27,605 nt of DNA from Myxococcales bacterium. Its GTDB lineage: Bacteria > Myxococcota_A > UBA9042 > JABWCM01 > BTVJ01. Shown here in pieces: positions 1 to 9,571 of the stretch (the stretch's first letter is position 1; every line of letters begins with the position of its first letter). Location of the stretch: NCBI GenBank assembly GCA_045863395.1, contig BTVJ01000096.1, forward strand, positions 1 through 27,605, written 5' to 3'. The position numbers and the translations under genes were made by a program. The notes under the pieces are model-generated. The model saw nothing but the letters and a program-made list of their open reading frames with translations. It was not told the origin of the DNA and searched no databases.

Positions 1-50
1 ACTACCTGGAGCGCTGGGGCGACGACGAGCTGACTCCGTATCTGCTCTGA
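1..50 (+). CDS. 3' end of a CDS entering from the left (...YLERWGDDELTPYLL*), product unknown
   Basis: Frame starting at nt 3 has mostly GC-ending codons (tac ctg gag cgc tgg ggc gac gac gag ctg) and ends in TGA at 48-50. Confidence 0.55.
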   Translation, partial: YLERWGDDELTPYLL

Positions 51-210
51 GGCGCCGGTGCACAACAACCTGTGCCACTCGGCCCCCGCTGCATCCCCGC
101 TGGCAGCCTGGCGAGACCTTGGAAGGACAAGGCCCTGCCTGCGGCCTCGCCAGACTGCCAGCGGGGCGCATCGGGGCCCTCGATGGATCAGGTTGTTATG
201 CACCGGCGCC
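51..210. mobile_element. MITE-like long imperfect inverted-repeat element
   Basis: 22-bp terminal IRs GGCGCCGGTGCACAACAACCTG (51-72) / CAGGTTGTTATGCACCGGCGCC (189-210) with 1 mismatch; inner 21-bp IR 95-115 / 146-166 with 1 mismatch; flanked by TGA on both sides (48-50, 211-213); no credible ORF. Confidence 0.55.
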
Positions 211-262
211 TGAGGCGCGCGCGCAGGGCGAGGGAAATCCTGACCCTCGTCGCCGGATCGGC

Positions 263-1171
263 CTACGCCACCTTGGGGCCTCGCAGCTCGCGGAGCGTGT
301 CGGCGGTGTAGAGGAGCAGCCCCGCCCAGATACACCCGAAGGCGACGGCGTGGGCGCGGCTGAAGGCCTCGCCGAAGGCGAGCACCGCGATGGCGAGCTG
401 GACCGTCGGCGCGAGGTACTGGATCAGGCCGACGGTGGTGTAGCGGAGGCGTCTGGCGGCGACCGTGAACCAGAGGAGGGGCACCGCGGTGACGACGCCC
501 GCCATCAGGAGGAGGAAGTCCGTCCACGGGGAGACGGCCCCGAAGGCGCCTCCACGAAGTGCGAGCAGATAGCCGATCGCGAGGGGGAAGAGGAGCAGGG
601 TCTCCAGGCTCAGGCCCACGAGAGACTCCACCCGCGCGGTCTTGCGCAGGAGGCCGTAGAGCGAGAAGGAGAGCGCGAGGGCCAGCGAGATCCAGGGGGG
701 CTTGCCGAGGGACAGGGTCAGCGTGAGGACCCCTGCCGTGGCCAGGCCCACGGCGGCCATCTGGGGCCGGCGCAGGCGCTCTCCGAGCACCAGCGTGCCC
801 AGCGCGACGTTGACCAGCGGGTTGATGAAGTAGCCGAGGCTCGCCTCCACGAGGTGGCCCGAGCCGACGGCCCAGATGAAGACGAGCCAGTTGAAGCCAA
901 CGAGCAGGGCGGTGACCAGGAGCCGGGCCCGGGTCCGGCCATCCCGGAGCGCCTCGCGCGCGGCTCCCCACTGGCGCGTCGCCGTGAGCAGGCCGCCGAG
1001 CAGCACCACCGACCAGGCGACCCGGTGGGCGAGCACCTCCATGGCGGGGACGTGCGCCACCGCCTTGAAGTAGAAGGGCGCCAGGCCCCACCAGAGGTAG
1101 GCCGCGAGGCCCGAGAGCAGGCCGCCGCGTGCTCTGCTGTCGTGCGGGCTGGCTGCTGCTCGGTCAGGCAC
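263..1171 (-). CDS. rarD: EamA/DMT-family transporter RarD
   Basis: 302 aa with ~10 hydrophobic helices; RarD-typical motifs AYLWWG, EVLAHRVAWS, NWLVFIWAV, EASLGYFINPL, GERLR, YGLLRK, GLIQYLAPT. Confidence 0.93.
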   Translation of the reverse strand: MPDRAAASPHDSRARGGLLSGLAAYLWWGLAPFYFKAVAHVPAMEVLAHRVAWSVVLLGGLLTATRQWGAAREALRDGRTRARLLVTALLVGFNWLVFIWAVGSGHLVEASLGYFINPLVNVALGTLVLGERLRRPQMAAVGLATAGVLTLTLSLGKPPWISLALALSFSLYGLLRKTARVESLVGLSLETLLLFPLAIGYLLALRGGAFGAVSPWTDFLLLMAGVVTAVPLLWFTVAARRLRYTTVGLIQYLAPTVQLAIAVLAFGEAFSRAHAVAFGCIWAGLLLYTADTLRELRGPKVA

Positions 1172-1443
1172 GGTGGCCTCGCTGCGGTCGTGAGGATCCG
1201 CGGGCGGGCGCGGCGCTGCGCCTCATAGCAGGAAGCCGCGTCCGGTTCAACGCAGGGGCGCCTCAGCGCGTCAGGGCGGCGCGCGCAGCGGGTTGGGCCA
1301 GGCTGCACCGATGCGCGGGTGTCGCGCTCGCCAGCGCGTGAACCGGCGGTATTCATGTCGTTTTTGAGTGTGCTCCTTTACACCGGGCCAGGTTTTTCGG
1401 ACCCTTCGCTGCCCAGGTTCCCAACGAGCGTCCCAGGTGAGCG

Positions 1444-1788
1444 ATGGTGCGCGTCGTCGTGATGGTGATCATGGTGGCGGTCCAAGGCTGCAAGGCGGCC
1501 GGCAGCGAGCAGCCGGACGGCCAGGCGCTGTTCGGGTCGGCGTGCGCGCGGTGCCATGCCGCGGACGGCACGGGAGGGATCGCGGAGCCGGGGCGCACGC
1601 CTCCGCGCGACCTGAGCGCAGGGTCCTGGCAGACCTCGGTCACCGATGAGCACATCCGCCGCGTGATCCTGGAGGGCACAGGCGGGATGCCCCCCTTCAA
1701 GGACGTCCTCCAGTCACCCCAGGTCACCGCGGTGGTCCAACACGTGCGAACGCTGCGGCGCACAAGCGCGCAGCCTGTCGGAGAGTAG
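1444..1788 (+). CDS. Small class I monoheme cytochrome c, probable lipoprotein
   Basis: GQALF...CARCH heme motif and distal Met in GGMPPF; hydrophobic N-terminus ending in lipobox-like VQGC. Confidence 0.85.
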   Translation: MVRVVVMVIMVAVQGCKAAGSEQPDGQALFGSACARCHAADGTGGIAEPGRTPPRDLSAGSWQTSVTDEHIRRVILEGTGGMPPFKDVLQSPQVTAVVQHVRTLRRTSAQPVGE

Positions 1789-1792
1789 ACCC

Positions 1793-2752
1793 ATGTGGAA
1801 GAAGGTCGCGCTCGGTGTCTTCGGCGTCGTCGCCCTGCTCGTAGTGGGGGTCGTCGTCTACTTCTACGCGCTCCACCCCAAGGTCGCCACGCCGCGGGAC
1901 CTGAAGGCGCCCAGCACGCCCGAGGCCATCGAGCGGGGGCGGTACCTGGCCGAGCACCTGCTCGGCTGCGTCGCGTGCCACAGCGAGATCGATGAGTCGC
2001 GCCCCGGCGACTTCATCAAGGAAGACACCCGCCTCTCGGGGCGGGTCTTCCCGCAGGACCCGGACTTTCCGGGCACGCTCGTCGGGCCGAACCTCACCCC
2101 CGATCCAGAGACCGGGCTCGGCGCCTGGACGGACGGCGAGATCGTGCGCGCCATCCGAGAGGGGATCTCGCGGGACGGGACGCCCCTGTTCCCGATCATG
2201 AACTACCCCGCCTACCGCATGTTGCCCGACGAGGACGTGCTCGCCGTGGTCGCCTACCTGCGGACCGCCAGGCCCATCCGGCGGGAGCTGCCGCGGAGCA
2301 AGGTGGACTTCCCCGTCTCCATGTTCATTCGGCTGGCCCCGAAGCCGGTGGAGGGCTCCCCGCCGCCGCTGCCCACCGAGACGCTGCCTCGCGGGCGCGC
2401 GCTGCTCCAGCTCATGTCCTGCAAGGACTGCCACACCCCGATGGAGAAGGGCGAGTTCGTCGAGGGCAAGGAGATGGCCGGCGGCATGTGCTTCAAGGGG
2501 GACTTCGGCAAGGTCTGCGCCCCCAACATCAGCTCCCATCCGGCCGCCGGCATCGGGAGCATGTCCGACGACGATCTGATGCGGGTGTTTCGGGAGGGGC
2601 GCGGCAAGGACGGGCGGACCCTGTGGGTGATGCCCTGGAGCGTGACCAAGGGGGCGACGGACGAGGACCTGCGCGCCCTGATTGCGGCCCTGCGCGAGAT
2701 CCCGCCTCAGACCGATCTGGTCCCGGCCCGGGAGCTGAAGGCGGGGCTCTAG
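1793..2752 (+). CDS. Membrane-anchored diheme cytochrome c (related to alcohol/gluconate dehydrogenase cytochrome c subunit domains)
   Basis: N-terminal TM helix; two CxxCH motifs (CVACH, CKDCH) in duplicated domains, each followed by PN(L/I)(T/S)..P..G(L/I)G and a distal Met (PIMNY, WVMPW); GGAG RBS at 1780-1783. Confidence 0.9.
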   Translation: MWKKVALGVFGVVALLVVGVVVYFYALHPKVATPRDLKAPSTPEAIERGRYLAEHLLGCVACHSEIDESRPGDFIKEDTRLSGRVFPQDPDFPGTLVGPNLTPDPETGLGAWTDGEIVRAIREGISRDGTPLFPIMNYPAYRMLPDEDVLAVVAYLRTARPIRRELPRSKVDFPVSMFIRLAPKPVEGSPPPLPTETLPRGRALLQLMSCKDCHTPMEKGEFVEGKEMAGGMCFKGDFGKVCAPNISSHPAAGIGSMSDDDLMRVFREGRGKDGRTLWVMPWSVTKGATDEDLRALIAALREIPPQTDLVPARELKAGL

Positions 2753-2783
2753 GGCCGCGCTACGCTCCCCACGCAGGGGCCGC

Positions 2784-2916
2784 TCCCGCCCGGGTGACCG
2801 GCGCGGACCGGGCATGAGCCCGGCACAGCCGCTGTTGGGGTACTTCGCGGAGGGGCCGCCATTGCGGCGCGGGGCGCTGCGTCTACCCTGAGGACCCACG
2901 GTAGGAGGAGGCGGGA
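2784..2916 (+). ncRNA. Structured 5' leader of the mrp operon; candidate cation-sensing riboswitch (nhaA-I-like variant)
   Basis: GGGTG (2792-2796); stem 2798-2806 / 2829-2838 enclosing hairpin 2808-2813 / 2818-2823 and CACAG; then GGT...GGGCCGCC (2839-2860); further stems adjoin the RBS and start codon; lies directly upstream of Na+/H+ antiporter genes. Confidence 0.45.
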
Positions 2917-5207
2917 TGCTCTGGGCGGTGCTGTCAGGGTTCGGGCTGGCGCTGGTCGCGCCCTGGGTGCAGCGCGCCCTGGGGCGGTATGCGGCGCCGT
3001 GCCTCGCTCTGCTCCCGCTTGCCCTGGGTGTCATCTTCGTGCTGCACGCCTCCGACCTGGCGTCAGGCTCCGTGCGCGAGACCTGGGACTGGGTGCCGGG
3101 GCTGGGCATCCAGATGTCCTTCTCGCTCGACGGCCTCAGCCTCCTCATGTGCCTGGCCGTCTGCGGGATCGGCGCGCTCGTCTTCATCTACGCCGGGTCC
3201 TACCTGGAGGGGCACCCGGACCTCGGGCGCTTCTGGGTGTCCCTGTCCGCGTTCATGGCGTCCATGCTCGGCGTGGTCCTCGCCGACGACGTCATCGCGC
3301 TGTTCGTGTTCTGGGAGCTGACCAGCGTCACCTCCTACATGCTCATCGGCTTCGGCCACGACCGGGAGGGGGCGCGCAAGGCGGCGCTCCAGGCGCTGCT
3401 CGTGACCGGCGCGGGGGGCCTCGCGCTGCTCGCGGGGCTCCTGCTGCTGGGCCATGTGGGAGGCTCCTGGGCGCTGTCCACCCTCACGGAGCGCGGCGAC
3501 GTCGTGCGCGCCCACGGCGCCTACGTGGGCATCCTCGCGCTGGTCGCGGCCGGGGCGTTCACCAAGTCCGCCCAGTTTCCGTTCCACTTCTGGCTCCCGA
3601 GCGCCATGGAGGCGCCGGCCCCCGTCAGCGCGTACCTGCACTCGGCGACCATGGTGAAGGCCGGGGTCTACCTGCTGGCGCGGCTCCACCCGGCGCTGTC
3701 CGGCACTCCGGAGTGGACCGCGCTCGTCGGAGGCACCGGGGCGCTCACGATGGTCGTTGGCATGGTGCTCGCGCTGCGCCAGACCGACATGAAGCTGATC
3801 CTGGCCTACACGACCGTCTCGGCGCTCGGCACCCTCACCCTGCTCCTGGGTCTCGGCACCGACGCCGCCATCACGGCGGCCGTCGCCCTGCTGCTCGCAC
3901 ACTCTCTCTACAAGGGCGCGCTGTTTCTGTTCGCGGGCGCCGTGGACCATGCGACGGGCTCCCGGGACGTCACCGCGCTCGGCGGGCTCCGCGCGGTGAT
4001 GCCCGTCCTCGCGCTTGCCGGCGCCCTGGCCGCGCTCTCCATGGCGGGGCTCCCGCCGCTGTTCGGCTTCGTCGCCAAGGAGGCCGTGCTCGAGGCCGGG
4101 CTCGGCGTCGCCTGGGCTGCCCCGGTGGTGGGCGCCGCGGTGCTTGCGGGGGCGCTGCTCGTCGCCGCGGCGGGCATGGTGGCCGTGGATCCCCTGGTCG
4201 GCCCTGTGGGTCCCACCGCCCACACTCACGCCCCGGGCTGGGGCCTGACCCTCGGGCCCGCGCTGCTCGCCGCGCTGGGCCTGCTCCTCGGCCTCGCCCC
4301 GGGCCTGACGGACGCCCTGCTCGGGGCGGCCGCGGGGGCGGTGCGCGGGTCGCCCCAGCCTGTCGAGCTGCACCTGTGGCATGGCCTCACCCCGGCGCTC
4401 GCGATCAGCGGCGTGACCCTCGCGCTCGGCGCTCTGGCCTATGCGGGCCGGGCACGCCTGCGCGCCTGGCTCGCGGCGGCCGACGGACTGCTGTCACGGG
4501 GGCCCGCCGCCTGGTACGACGGGGCGCTCGCGGGGCTGGTGGCGGTGGCGGGAGCCCAGACGCGCTTCCTTCAGAGCGGCTATCTGCGTACCTACCAGCT
4601 GACCCTCGTCGGCACGACGGTCCTGCTCGCCGGCGGTACGTGGCTCGTCACGGATGGGGCGCTCGCCATCGGTCCGCTGGAGGACGTCCGCGTCCACGAG
4701 GCGATCATCGCAGGGCTGGTCCTGGCTGCGGCGGTGCTCGCCGTGCGCACGGAGTCCCGCCTCGGGGCCGTGGCCGCCCTCGGCGTGGCGGGCTACGGTG
4801 TGGCGCTGGTCTATGTGCTCTTCGGCGCCCCCGACCTGGCGATCACCCAGATCCTGGTGGAGACGCTGGCGGTCGTCCTGTTCGTCTTCGTGTTCTACCG
4901 CCTTCCCCGGCTCCTGCACCGCTCTTCCTGGGGTGTCCAGGTCCGCGATCTGGTGGTGGCCGGCTCCTTCGGCGCGCTGATGACGCTGCTGATCCTGGCT
5001 GCGAATGACGCGCGCCTGTTCCCTCACATCTCCGAGCACGTCCTGGAGAGCAGCGTCCCCGAGGGCCACGGCCGCAACGTGGTCAACGTGATCCTCGTGG
5101 ACTTCCGCGCCATCGACACGCTGGGCGAGGTGGTCGTGCTGACGCTCGCGGCCATCGGTGTCGTCGCGCTCATGAAGCTCTACCCCCGGTCCTCGGAGTC
5201 CCCATGA
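2916..5207 (+). CDS. mrpA: Mrp multisubunit Na+/H+ antiporter subunit A
   Basis: NuoL/MrpA motifs [53 protein letters not shown]-terminal APDLAITQ and [32 protein letters not shown]. Confidence 0.96.
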   Translation: MLWAVLSGFGLALVAPWVQRALGRYAAPCLALLPLALGVIFVLHASDLASGSVRETWDWVPGLGIQMSFSLDGLSLLMCLAVCGIGALVFIYAGSYLEGHPDLGRFWVSLSAFMASMLGVVLADDVIALFVFWELTSVTSYMLIGFGHDREGARKAALQALLVTGAGGLALLAGLLLLGHVGGSWALSTLTERGDVVRAHGAYVGILALVAAGAFTKSAQFPFHFWLPSAMEAPAPVSAYLHSATMVKAGVYLLARLHPALSGTPEWTALVGGTGALTMVVGMVLALRQTDMKLILAYTTVSALGTLTLLLGLGTDAAITAAVALLLAHSLYKGALFLFAGAVDHATGSRDVTALGGLRAVMPVLALAGALAALSMAGLPPLFGFVAKEAVLEAGLGVAWAAPVVGAAVLAGALLVAAAGMVAVDPLVGPVGPTAHTHAPGWGLTLGPALLAALGLLLGLAPGLTDALLGAAAGAVRGSPQPVELHLWHGLTPALAISGVTLALGALAYAGRARLRAWLAAADGLLSRGPAAWYDGALAGLVAVAGAQTRFLQSGYLRTYQLTLVGTTVLLAGGTWLVTDGALAIGPLEDVRVHEAIIAGLVLAAAVLAVRTESRLGAVAALGVAGYGVALVYVLFGAPDLAITQILVETLAVVLFVFVFYRLPRLLHRSSWGVQVRDLVVAGSFGALMTLLILAANDARLFPHISEHVLESSVPEGHGRNVVNVILVDFRAIDTLGEVVVLTLAAIGVVALMKLYPRSSESP

Positions 5208-5605
5208 GCTCGCTCATCCTCCGGACGGCGGCGCGCCTGCTCATGCCGCTCCTGCTCGTCTTCTCGGTGTTCCTGCTGTTGCGAGGGCACAACGAGCCCG
5301 GGGGCGGCTTCATCGCCGGGCTGACCTCGGCGGCGGCCTTCGCGCTGCACGCCATCGCCTTCGGCGTGCCCGCCACCCTGGCCGTGCTGCGCGTGGAGCC
5401 GCGGGGCCTGTGCGCCCTGGGGCTGGCCATCGCCCTGCTGAGCGGCGTGCCTGCGCTGCTGTTCGGCGAGCCCTACCTGAAGGCGCAGTGGGTCGTCGCG
5501 GGGGCGCTGCACCTGGGGACGCCGCTGCTCTTCGATCTCGGGGTGTACCTGGTCGTGCTCGGGGTCACCGTGACCATCATCCTGACGCTTGCCGAGGAGG
5601 AGTAG
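5204..5605 (+). CDS. mrpB: Mrp antiporter subunit B
   Basis: [15 protein letters not shown] and [10 protein letters not shown] motifs; ATGA overlap with mrpA. Confidence 0.95.
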   Translation: MSSLILRTAARLLMPLLLVFSVFLLLRGHNEPGGGFIAGLTSAAAFALHAIAFGVPATLAVLRVEPRGLCALGLAIALLSGVPALLFGEPYLKAQWVVAGALHLGTPLLFDLGVYLVVLGVTVTIILTLAEEE

Positions 5606-5606
5606 G

Positions 5607-5954
5607 GTGGAGACGGCCTTGGCCTTCATCGTCGGCGGGATGTACGCCGCCGGGCTCTACATGATGCTGCGGCGCTCCGTAGTGCGGCTGCTCATCGGGC
5701 TCGTGATCCTCGGCAACGCCGCCAACCTGCTGATCTTCACGTCCGGGGGGCTCCTGCGCGGGAGCCCGCCGCTGGTCCCCGACGGGCTCACGACGCCGCC
5801 CGGCCCCGTCGCGGACCCGCTGCCCCAGGCGCTGATCCTCACGGCCATCGTGATCAGCTTCGGGGTGCTGGCCTTCGCCATGACCCTCGTGCACCGGACC
5901 CACCGCATGGTGGGGAGCGACGACATCGACGATCTGCGGCGGACGGACTCATGA
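5607..5954 (+). CDS. mrpC: Mrp antiporter subunit C
   Basis: GTG start at 5607 after GAGGAG; LGNAANL and [17 protein letters not shown] motifs. Confidence 0.95.
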   Translation: METALAFIVGGMYAAGLYMMLRRSVVRLLIGLVILGNAANLLIFTSGGLLRGSPPLVPDGLTTPPGPVADPLPQALILTAIVISFGVLAFAMTLVHRTHRMVGSDDIDDLRRTDS

Positions 5955-7456
5955 GCGCGCTCGTCTTCGGCCCGGTGCTGATCCCCCTCGTCGCGGCGAC
6001 CGCGTCCCTCCTGACGTGGCAGTCCCGCGCCGCGCAGCGGGTGATCGCCGTCGCGGGGACCGCGGCCCTGCTCGGCTGCGCGGCCCTGCTGCTCCTGGCC
6101 GTGTGGCATGGGGGCATCGTGGTGGCGAGCGCCGGCGGGTGGGCGGCGCCCTTCGGCATCACCTTCGTCGCGGATCACTTTGCCGCGATCATGGTCGCCC
6201 TGGCGGGCGTGGTAGGCGTCGCCGTCGCGCTCACCTCAGTGGCCAGCATCGACGAGCCCCGCGAGCGCTTCGGCTACTATCCGCTGGTCCATGTCCTGCT
6301 GGCAGGCGTCTGCGGCGCGTTCCTGACCGGCGACGTGTTCAACCTGTTCGTGTGGTTCGAGGTGATGCTCCTCGCGTCCTTCGTGCTGCTGGCGCTGGGC
6401 GGCGAGCGGGATCAGATGGAGGGCGCGCTCAAGTACGTCACCCTCAACCTGTTCTCGTCGACGCTCTTCCTGAGCGCCGTCGGCATCCTGTACGGCATCT
6501 TCGGCACCCTGAACATGGCGGACCTGGCGGTGCGCCTCCCGCACCTGGACCGCCCCGGGCTCGTCACCACGGTGGCGATGCTCTTCCTGGTGTCTTTTGG
6601 CATCAAGGCCGCCGCCTTCCCGCTGTTCTTCTGGCTCCCCGCGTCCTACCACACGCCGCCGGTGGCCGTCTCCGCGCTCTTCGCGGGCCTGCTCACCAAG
6701 GTGGGGGTCTACGCGCTCATCCGCGTGTTCACCCTGCTGTTCACCCACGACGTGGGCACCACCCACATGGTCCTCCTGGTCACGGCGGCGCTGACCATGG
6801 TGACGGGCGTGCTCGGCGCCGCCGCCCACTACGAGACGCGGCGGATCCTGTCCTTCCACATCGTGAGCCAGATCGGCTACATGATCATGGGCCTGGCCCT
6901 GTTCACGCCGCTCGCCCTGCTCGGCTCGGTGTTCTACATCCTGCACCACATCGTGGTGAAGACGAACCTCTTCCTGGTGAGCGGCGCCGTGCAGCGCGCG
7001 GGCGGCTCCTTCGAGCTGCGCGAGCTGGGCGGGCTCTACCGGCGCACGCCCCTCCTCGCGCTCCTGTTCCTCGTGCCGGCCCTGTCCCTCGCGGGGATCC
7101 CCCCGCTGTCGGGCTTCTTCGCCAAGCTGATCCTCGTGCAGGCGGCCATCGAGGTCGAGGCCTGGTGGATCGTGGCCGTCGCGCTGGCCGTCGGGCTGCT
7201 CACCCTGTACTCCATGGTGAAGATCTGGAACGAGGCGTTCTGGAAGCCGGCGCCCGTCGCTGGCGTCGCCGGGGCTCCTCCCGGCCCTCCCAGCGCCCCC
7301 GTGGGCCCGCTCCTGCTCCCCATCGGGGCCCTGGCTGCCATCACGGTGCTGGTGGGCCTCTGGGCGCAGCCCTTCGTGGAGCTCTCAGGGCGCGCTGCCG
7401 CCGAGCTGATGGACCCCGCCCGCTACATCGCAGCCGTCCTGGGGGTGCGTCCATGA
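5951..7456 (+). CDS. mrpD: Mrp antiporter subunit D
   Basis: [60 protein letters not shown] overlap with mrpC. Confidence 0.96.
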   Translation: MSALVFGPVLIPLVAATASLLTWQSRAAQRVIAVAGTAALLGCAALLLLAVWHGGIVVASAGGWAAPFGITFVADHFAAIMVALAGVVGVAVALTSVASIDEPRERFGYYPLVHVLLAGVCGAFLTGDVFNLFVWFEVMLLASFVLLALGGERDQMEGALKYVTLNLFSSTLFLSAVGILYGIFGTLNMADLAVRLPHLDRPGLVTTVAMLFLVSFGIKAAAFPLFFWLPASYHTPPVAVSALFAGLLTKVGVYALIRVFTLLFTHDVGTTHMVLLVTAALTMVTGVLGAAAHYETRRILSFHIVSQIGYMIMGLALFTPLALLGSVFYILHHIVVKTNLFLVSGAVQRAGGSFELRELGGLYRRTPLLALLFLVPALSLAGIPPLSGFFAKLILVQAAIEVEAWWIVAVALAVGLLTLYSMVKIWNEAFWKPAPVAGVAGAPPGPPSAPVGPLLLPIGALAAITVLVGLWAQPFVELSGRAAAELMDPARYIAAVLGVRP

Positions 7457-7923
7457 GGCTGTTCGCCTGGAACCTGGTGCTGGCGCTGGCGTGGATGCTC
7501 CTGACCACGGGCTTCACGCTCGGCAACCTCCTCCTCGGCTTTGCCCTGGCCTACGCGGCGCTCTGGGTGACCCAGCCTCCAGAAGGCGGGACCGACTACT
7601 TCCGCAAGGTGATCCGGGTGATTCGCTTCGCCGCGTGGTTCGTGGCGCAGGTGGTCCGCGCCAACCTGCGGGTCGCCCACGACGTGATGACCCCCCAGCA
7701 CCACATGCGGCCCGGCGTGGTGGCAGTCCCCCTCGGGACCGCGACGGACCTGGAGATCACGGTGATCGCCAACCTGATCGCCCTCACTCCCGGCACGCTG
7801 GCGCTGGACGTATCCACGGATCGCCGCTCGCTGTATGTCCACGCCATGTACATCGACGACCTGGAGTCGCTCCGCCGGGACCTGGCCGACCTGGAGCGGC
7901 GCGTGCTGGAGATCCTGCGATGA
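7453..7923 (+). CDS. mrpE: Mrp antiporter subunit E
   Basis: ATG at 7453 (ATGA overlap) gives [14 protein letters not shown]...ANLRVA...PGVV...[10 protein letters not shown]...LYVHAM; this is the 3' part of ORF-track 6016..7923. Confidence 0.93.
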   Translation: MRLFAWNLVLALAWMLLTTGFTLGNLLLGFALAYAALWVTQPPEGGTDYFRKVIRVIRFAAWFVAQVVRANLRVAHDVMTPQHHMRPGVVAVPLGTATDLEITVIANLIALTPGTLALDVSTDRRSLYVHAMYIDDLESLRRDLADLERRVLEILR

Positions 7924-8216
7924 TGTCCTGGATCGCCATGACCGGCCCCGTCGGCATCGCGGTGCAGGTGTCCCTGGTGATGCTGTCGGCGGCGCTGCTC
8001 CTCGCCTTCGTGCGCCTCGCGCGGGGCCCGAGCCTCCCCGACCGCCTCGTCGCGCTGGAGGCCACGGGCTCAATCGTCGTCGCCGTGTGCGCCATCCTGT
8101 GCGTGCCTTCGGACGACCCCGTGTTCCTGGACGTGGGCGTCGTCCTCGCGCTGGTGGTGTTCATCGGGGCGGTGGCCTTCGCCCGCTACCTGGAGAAGCA
8201 GGGGAGGCAGCGATGA
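7920..8216 (+). CDS. mrpF: Mrp antiporter subunit F
   Basis: ATG at 7920 or 7923; RLARGPSLPDRLVALE and FIGAVAFARYLE motifs. Confidence 0.92.
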   Translation: MMSWIAMTGPVGIAVQVSLVMLSAALLLAFVRLARGPSLPDRLVALEATGSIVVAVCAILCVPSDDPVFLDVGVVLALVVFIGAVAFARYLEKQGRQR

Positions 8217-8572
8217 CCGAGTGGGTGAGCGCGCTCCTCATGGTGGTGGGGTCCCTCTTCACGCTGCTCGCGACGGTGGGCCTCGTCCGCATGCCGGACA
8301 CCCCCACCCGCATGCACGCCACCACCAAGGCGGGCTCCCTGGGCGCGGGGCTGATCCTCGTCGCGGTGGCGGTCCACTTCGGCGAGACGGCCGTCTCCAC
8401 CAAGGCGACGGCCACCATGCTGTTCATCATCCTCACGGCGCCCGTGGCGGCGCACGCCGTCTCCCGCGCCGCCTACTTCATGGGCGTCCCGCTGTGGAGA
8501 GGCACCGTGCGCGACGAGCTGCGCGACCAGATCGACCCCGCGACGGGGCGCGTGGGGCCGGAAGGGGAGTGA
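8213..8572 (+). CDS. mrpG: Mrp antiporter subunit G
   Basis: ATG at 8213 (ATGA overlap) after GGAGG; GLVRMPD...RMHATTKAGSLG and LTAPVAAHA motifs. Confidence 0.94.
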   Translation: MTEWVSALLMVVGSLFTLLATVGLVRMPDTPTRMHATTKAGSLGAGLILVAVAVHFGETAVSTKATATMLFIILTAPVAAHAVSRAAYFMGVPLWRGTVRDELRDQIDPATGRVGPEGE

Positions 8573-8575
8573 GTC

Positions 8576-9208
8576 TCAGCTCCGATCTCTGGCCGAGGGT
8601 GGGCGTGGGGCCTCTGAACCAGGCGAATCGGACAGCTCGCCCGCCCCGCTCGCCTCTCTCTGGCGGTTCAAGGCTGGCTCTGGGGTCGCCCGGTCGATTC
8701 GCATGAGCACGTGCGGCCGGAGCGGGTGGCCCTCCGGGACGCGGGGGTGATCGAAGTCGCAGACCCACCCCATGCCGAGCTTCTGCATGACCCGCAGGGA
8801 GGGGAGGTTCTCGCGGCTCGTCATGGAGACGACCTCGTCCAGGCGGAGGACGTCGAAGGCGTAGCGGAGGGCGGCCCCGGCGGCCTCCGTCGCGTAGCCG
8901 TGGCCCCAGGAGGGTCGGGCGAGGCGCCAGCCCACCTCCACGCAGGGGGTGAACGGGGCCTCGAAGGTCTGGCGGGCGAGCCCGACGAAGCCGATGAAAG
9001 GCGCTCCATCGCGCACCTCCACGGCCCACAGGCCCCACCCGTGCTCTGCGATGTGGGCGCTGATGCGGCCCGCCAGGGCGTCGCTGTCGGCGCGGTCCAG
9101 CGCGGAGGGGAAGTGCCTCATCACCTCCGGGTCCGCGTTGAGCGCCGCGAAGGGGGCGAGGTCCGCCTCACGCCACGGGCGCAGACACAAGCGCCGGGTC
9201 TCCAACAT
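8576..9208 (-). CDS. RimJ/RimL-family GNAT N-acetyltransferase
   Basis: ATG at 9208 with GAGGTGA RBS; LETRRLCLR, DPEVMRHF, EVGWRL...WGHGYATEAA, N.PSLRVMQKLGM motifs. Confidence 0.9.
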   Translation of the reverse strand: MLETRRLCLRPWREADLAPFAALNADPEVMRHFPSALDRADSDALAGRISAHIAEHGWGLWAVEVRDGAPFIGFVGLARQTFEAPFTPCVEVGWRLARPSWGHGYATEAAGAALRYAFDVLRLDEVVSMTSRENLPSLRVMQKLGMGWVCDFDHPRVPEGHPLRPHVLMRIDRATPEPALNRQREASGAGELSDSPGSEAPRPPSARDRS

Positions 9209-9530
9209 CGTCACCTCTCGGGTCGTCGCCTCCACCGCCACCTCCGCGCGAGCCAGTATACACGGGCGCCGCTGCGCCCTCCTCCCGCTCGAGCCTCCGC
9301 CACCGCGGAGGTGGCGGACCCGCTCCGGGCGCTCTCTGGGGTGATCGGGCCGCGATGGTCTGCCGCGCAGCCGGCGCTGTAACCGAGGCAGCGTCCCCGG
9401 AAGCTCCCATGGTATATGCACCTCCGTGTCCAGACATCCGAGAGCCGGCGTCCTGGCGAGCGCTGGCTCGCCGCGGGCGCGTCGTAGCCGCTTGATGCGC
9501 CTTCAGCGCTGAGCAGACTCTGCCGATGCC

Positions 9531-9546
9531 GCCCGGTCGACCGGGC
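9531..9546. promoter_or_regulatory. Perfect 16-bp palindrome upstream of the hybrid kinase, possible operator or hairpin
   Basis: GCCCGGTCGACCGGGC, 13 bp before the AAGGAGG RBS. Confidence 0.3.
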
Positions 9547-9571
9547 TCGGGCCTGGGCGAAGGAGGCGGGC

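Noticed and set aside
60..201. Integron attC site (GCACAAC ... GTTATGC resembles R''/R' just after a stop codon)
   Set aside because: The region next to the R boxes is fully paired with no unpaired central spacer, pairing extends outside the R boxes, and no second attC or integrase is in the window
50..211. 6S or SRP RNA
   Set aside because: No large central bubble or recognisable conserved sequence, and context is atypical; Rfam cmscan would settle it
119..1228. Long alternative-frame ORFs here and elsewhere (2999-5008, 13549-16077, 16829-19627, 18966-21119, 24494-26107)
   Set aside because: Shadow ORFs overlapping well-supported genes, lacking family motifs; expected in very GC-rich DNA
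1242..1346. CCGGTTCA ... TGAACCGG inverted repeat in the rarD-cytochrome intergenic region
   Set aside because: Only an 8-bp core about 90 nt apart with no convincing continuous interior; compatible with chance
6016..7452. 635-aa ORF suggesting an N-terminally extended MrpE
   Set aside because: The upstream part is an off-frame read of mrpD; the real mrpE starts at the ATGA overlap at 7453
8576..8700. Low-complexity GNAT C-terminal tail and imperfect hairpin (TGAACC/GGTTCA) as a terminator or inserted element
   Set aside because: Stem is interrupted, with no U-tract or flanking duplication; most simply a drifted stop codon
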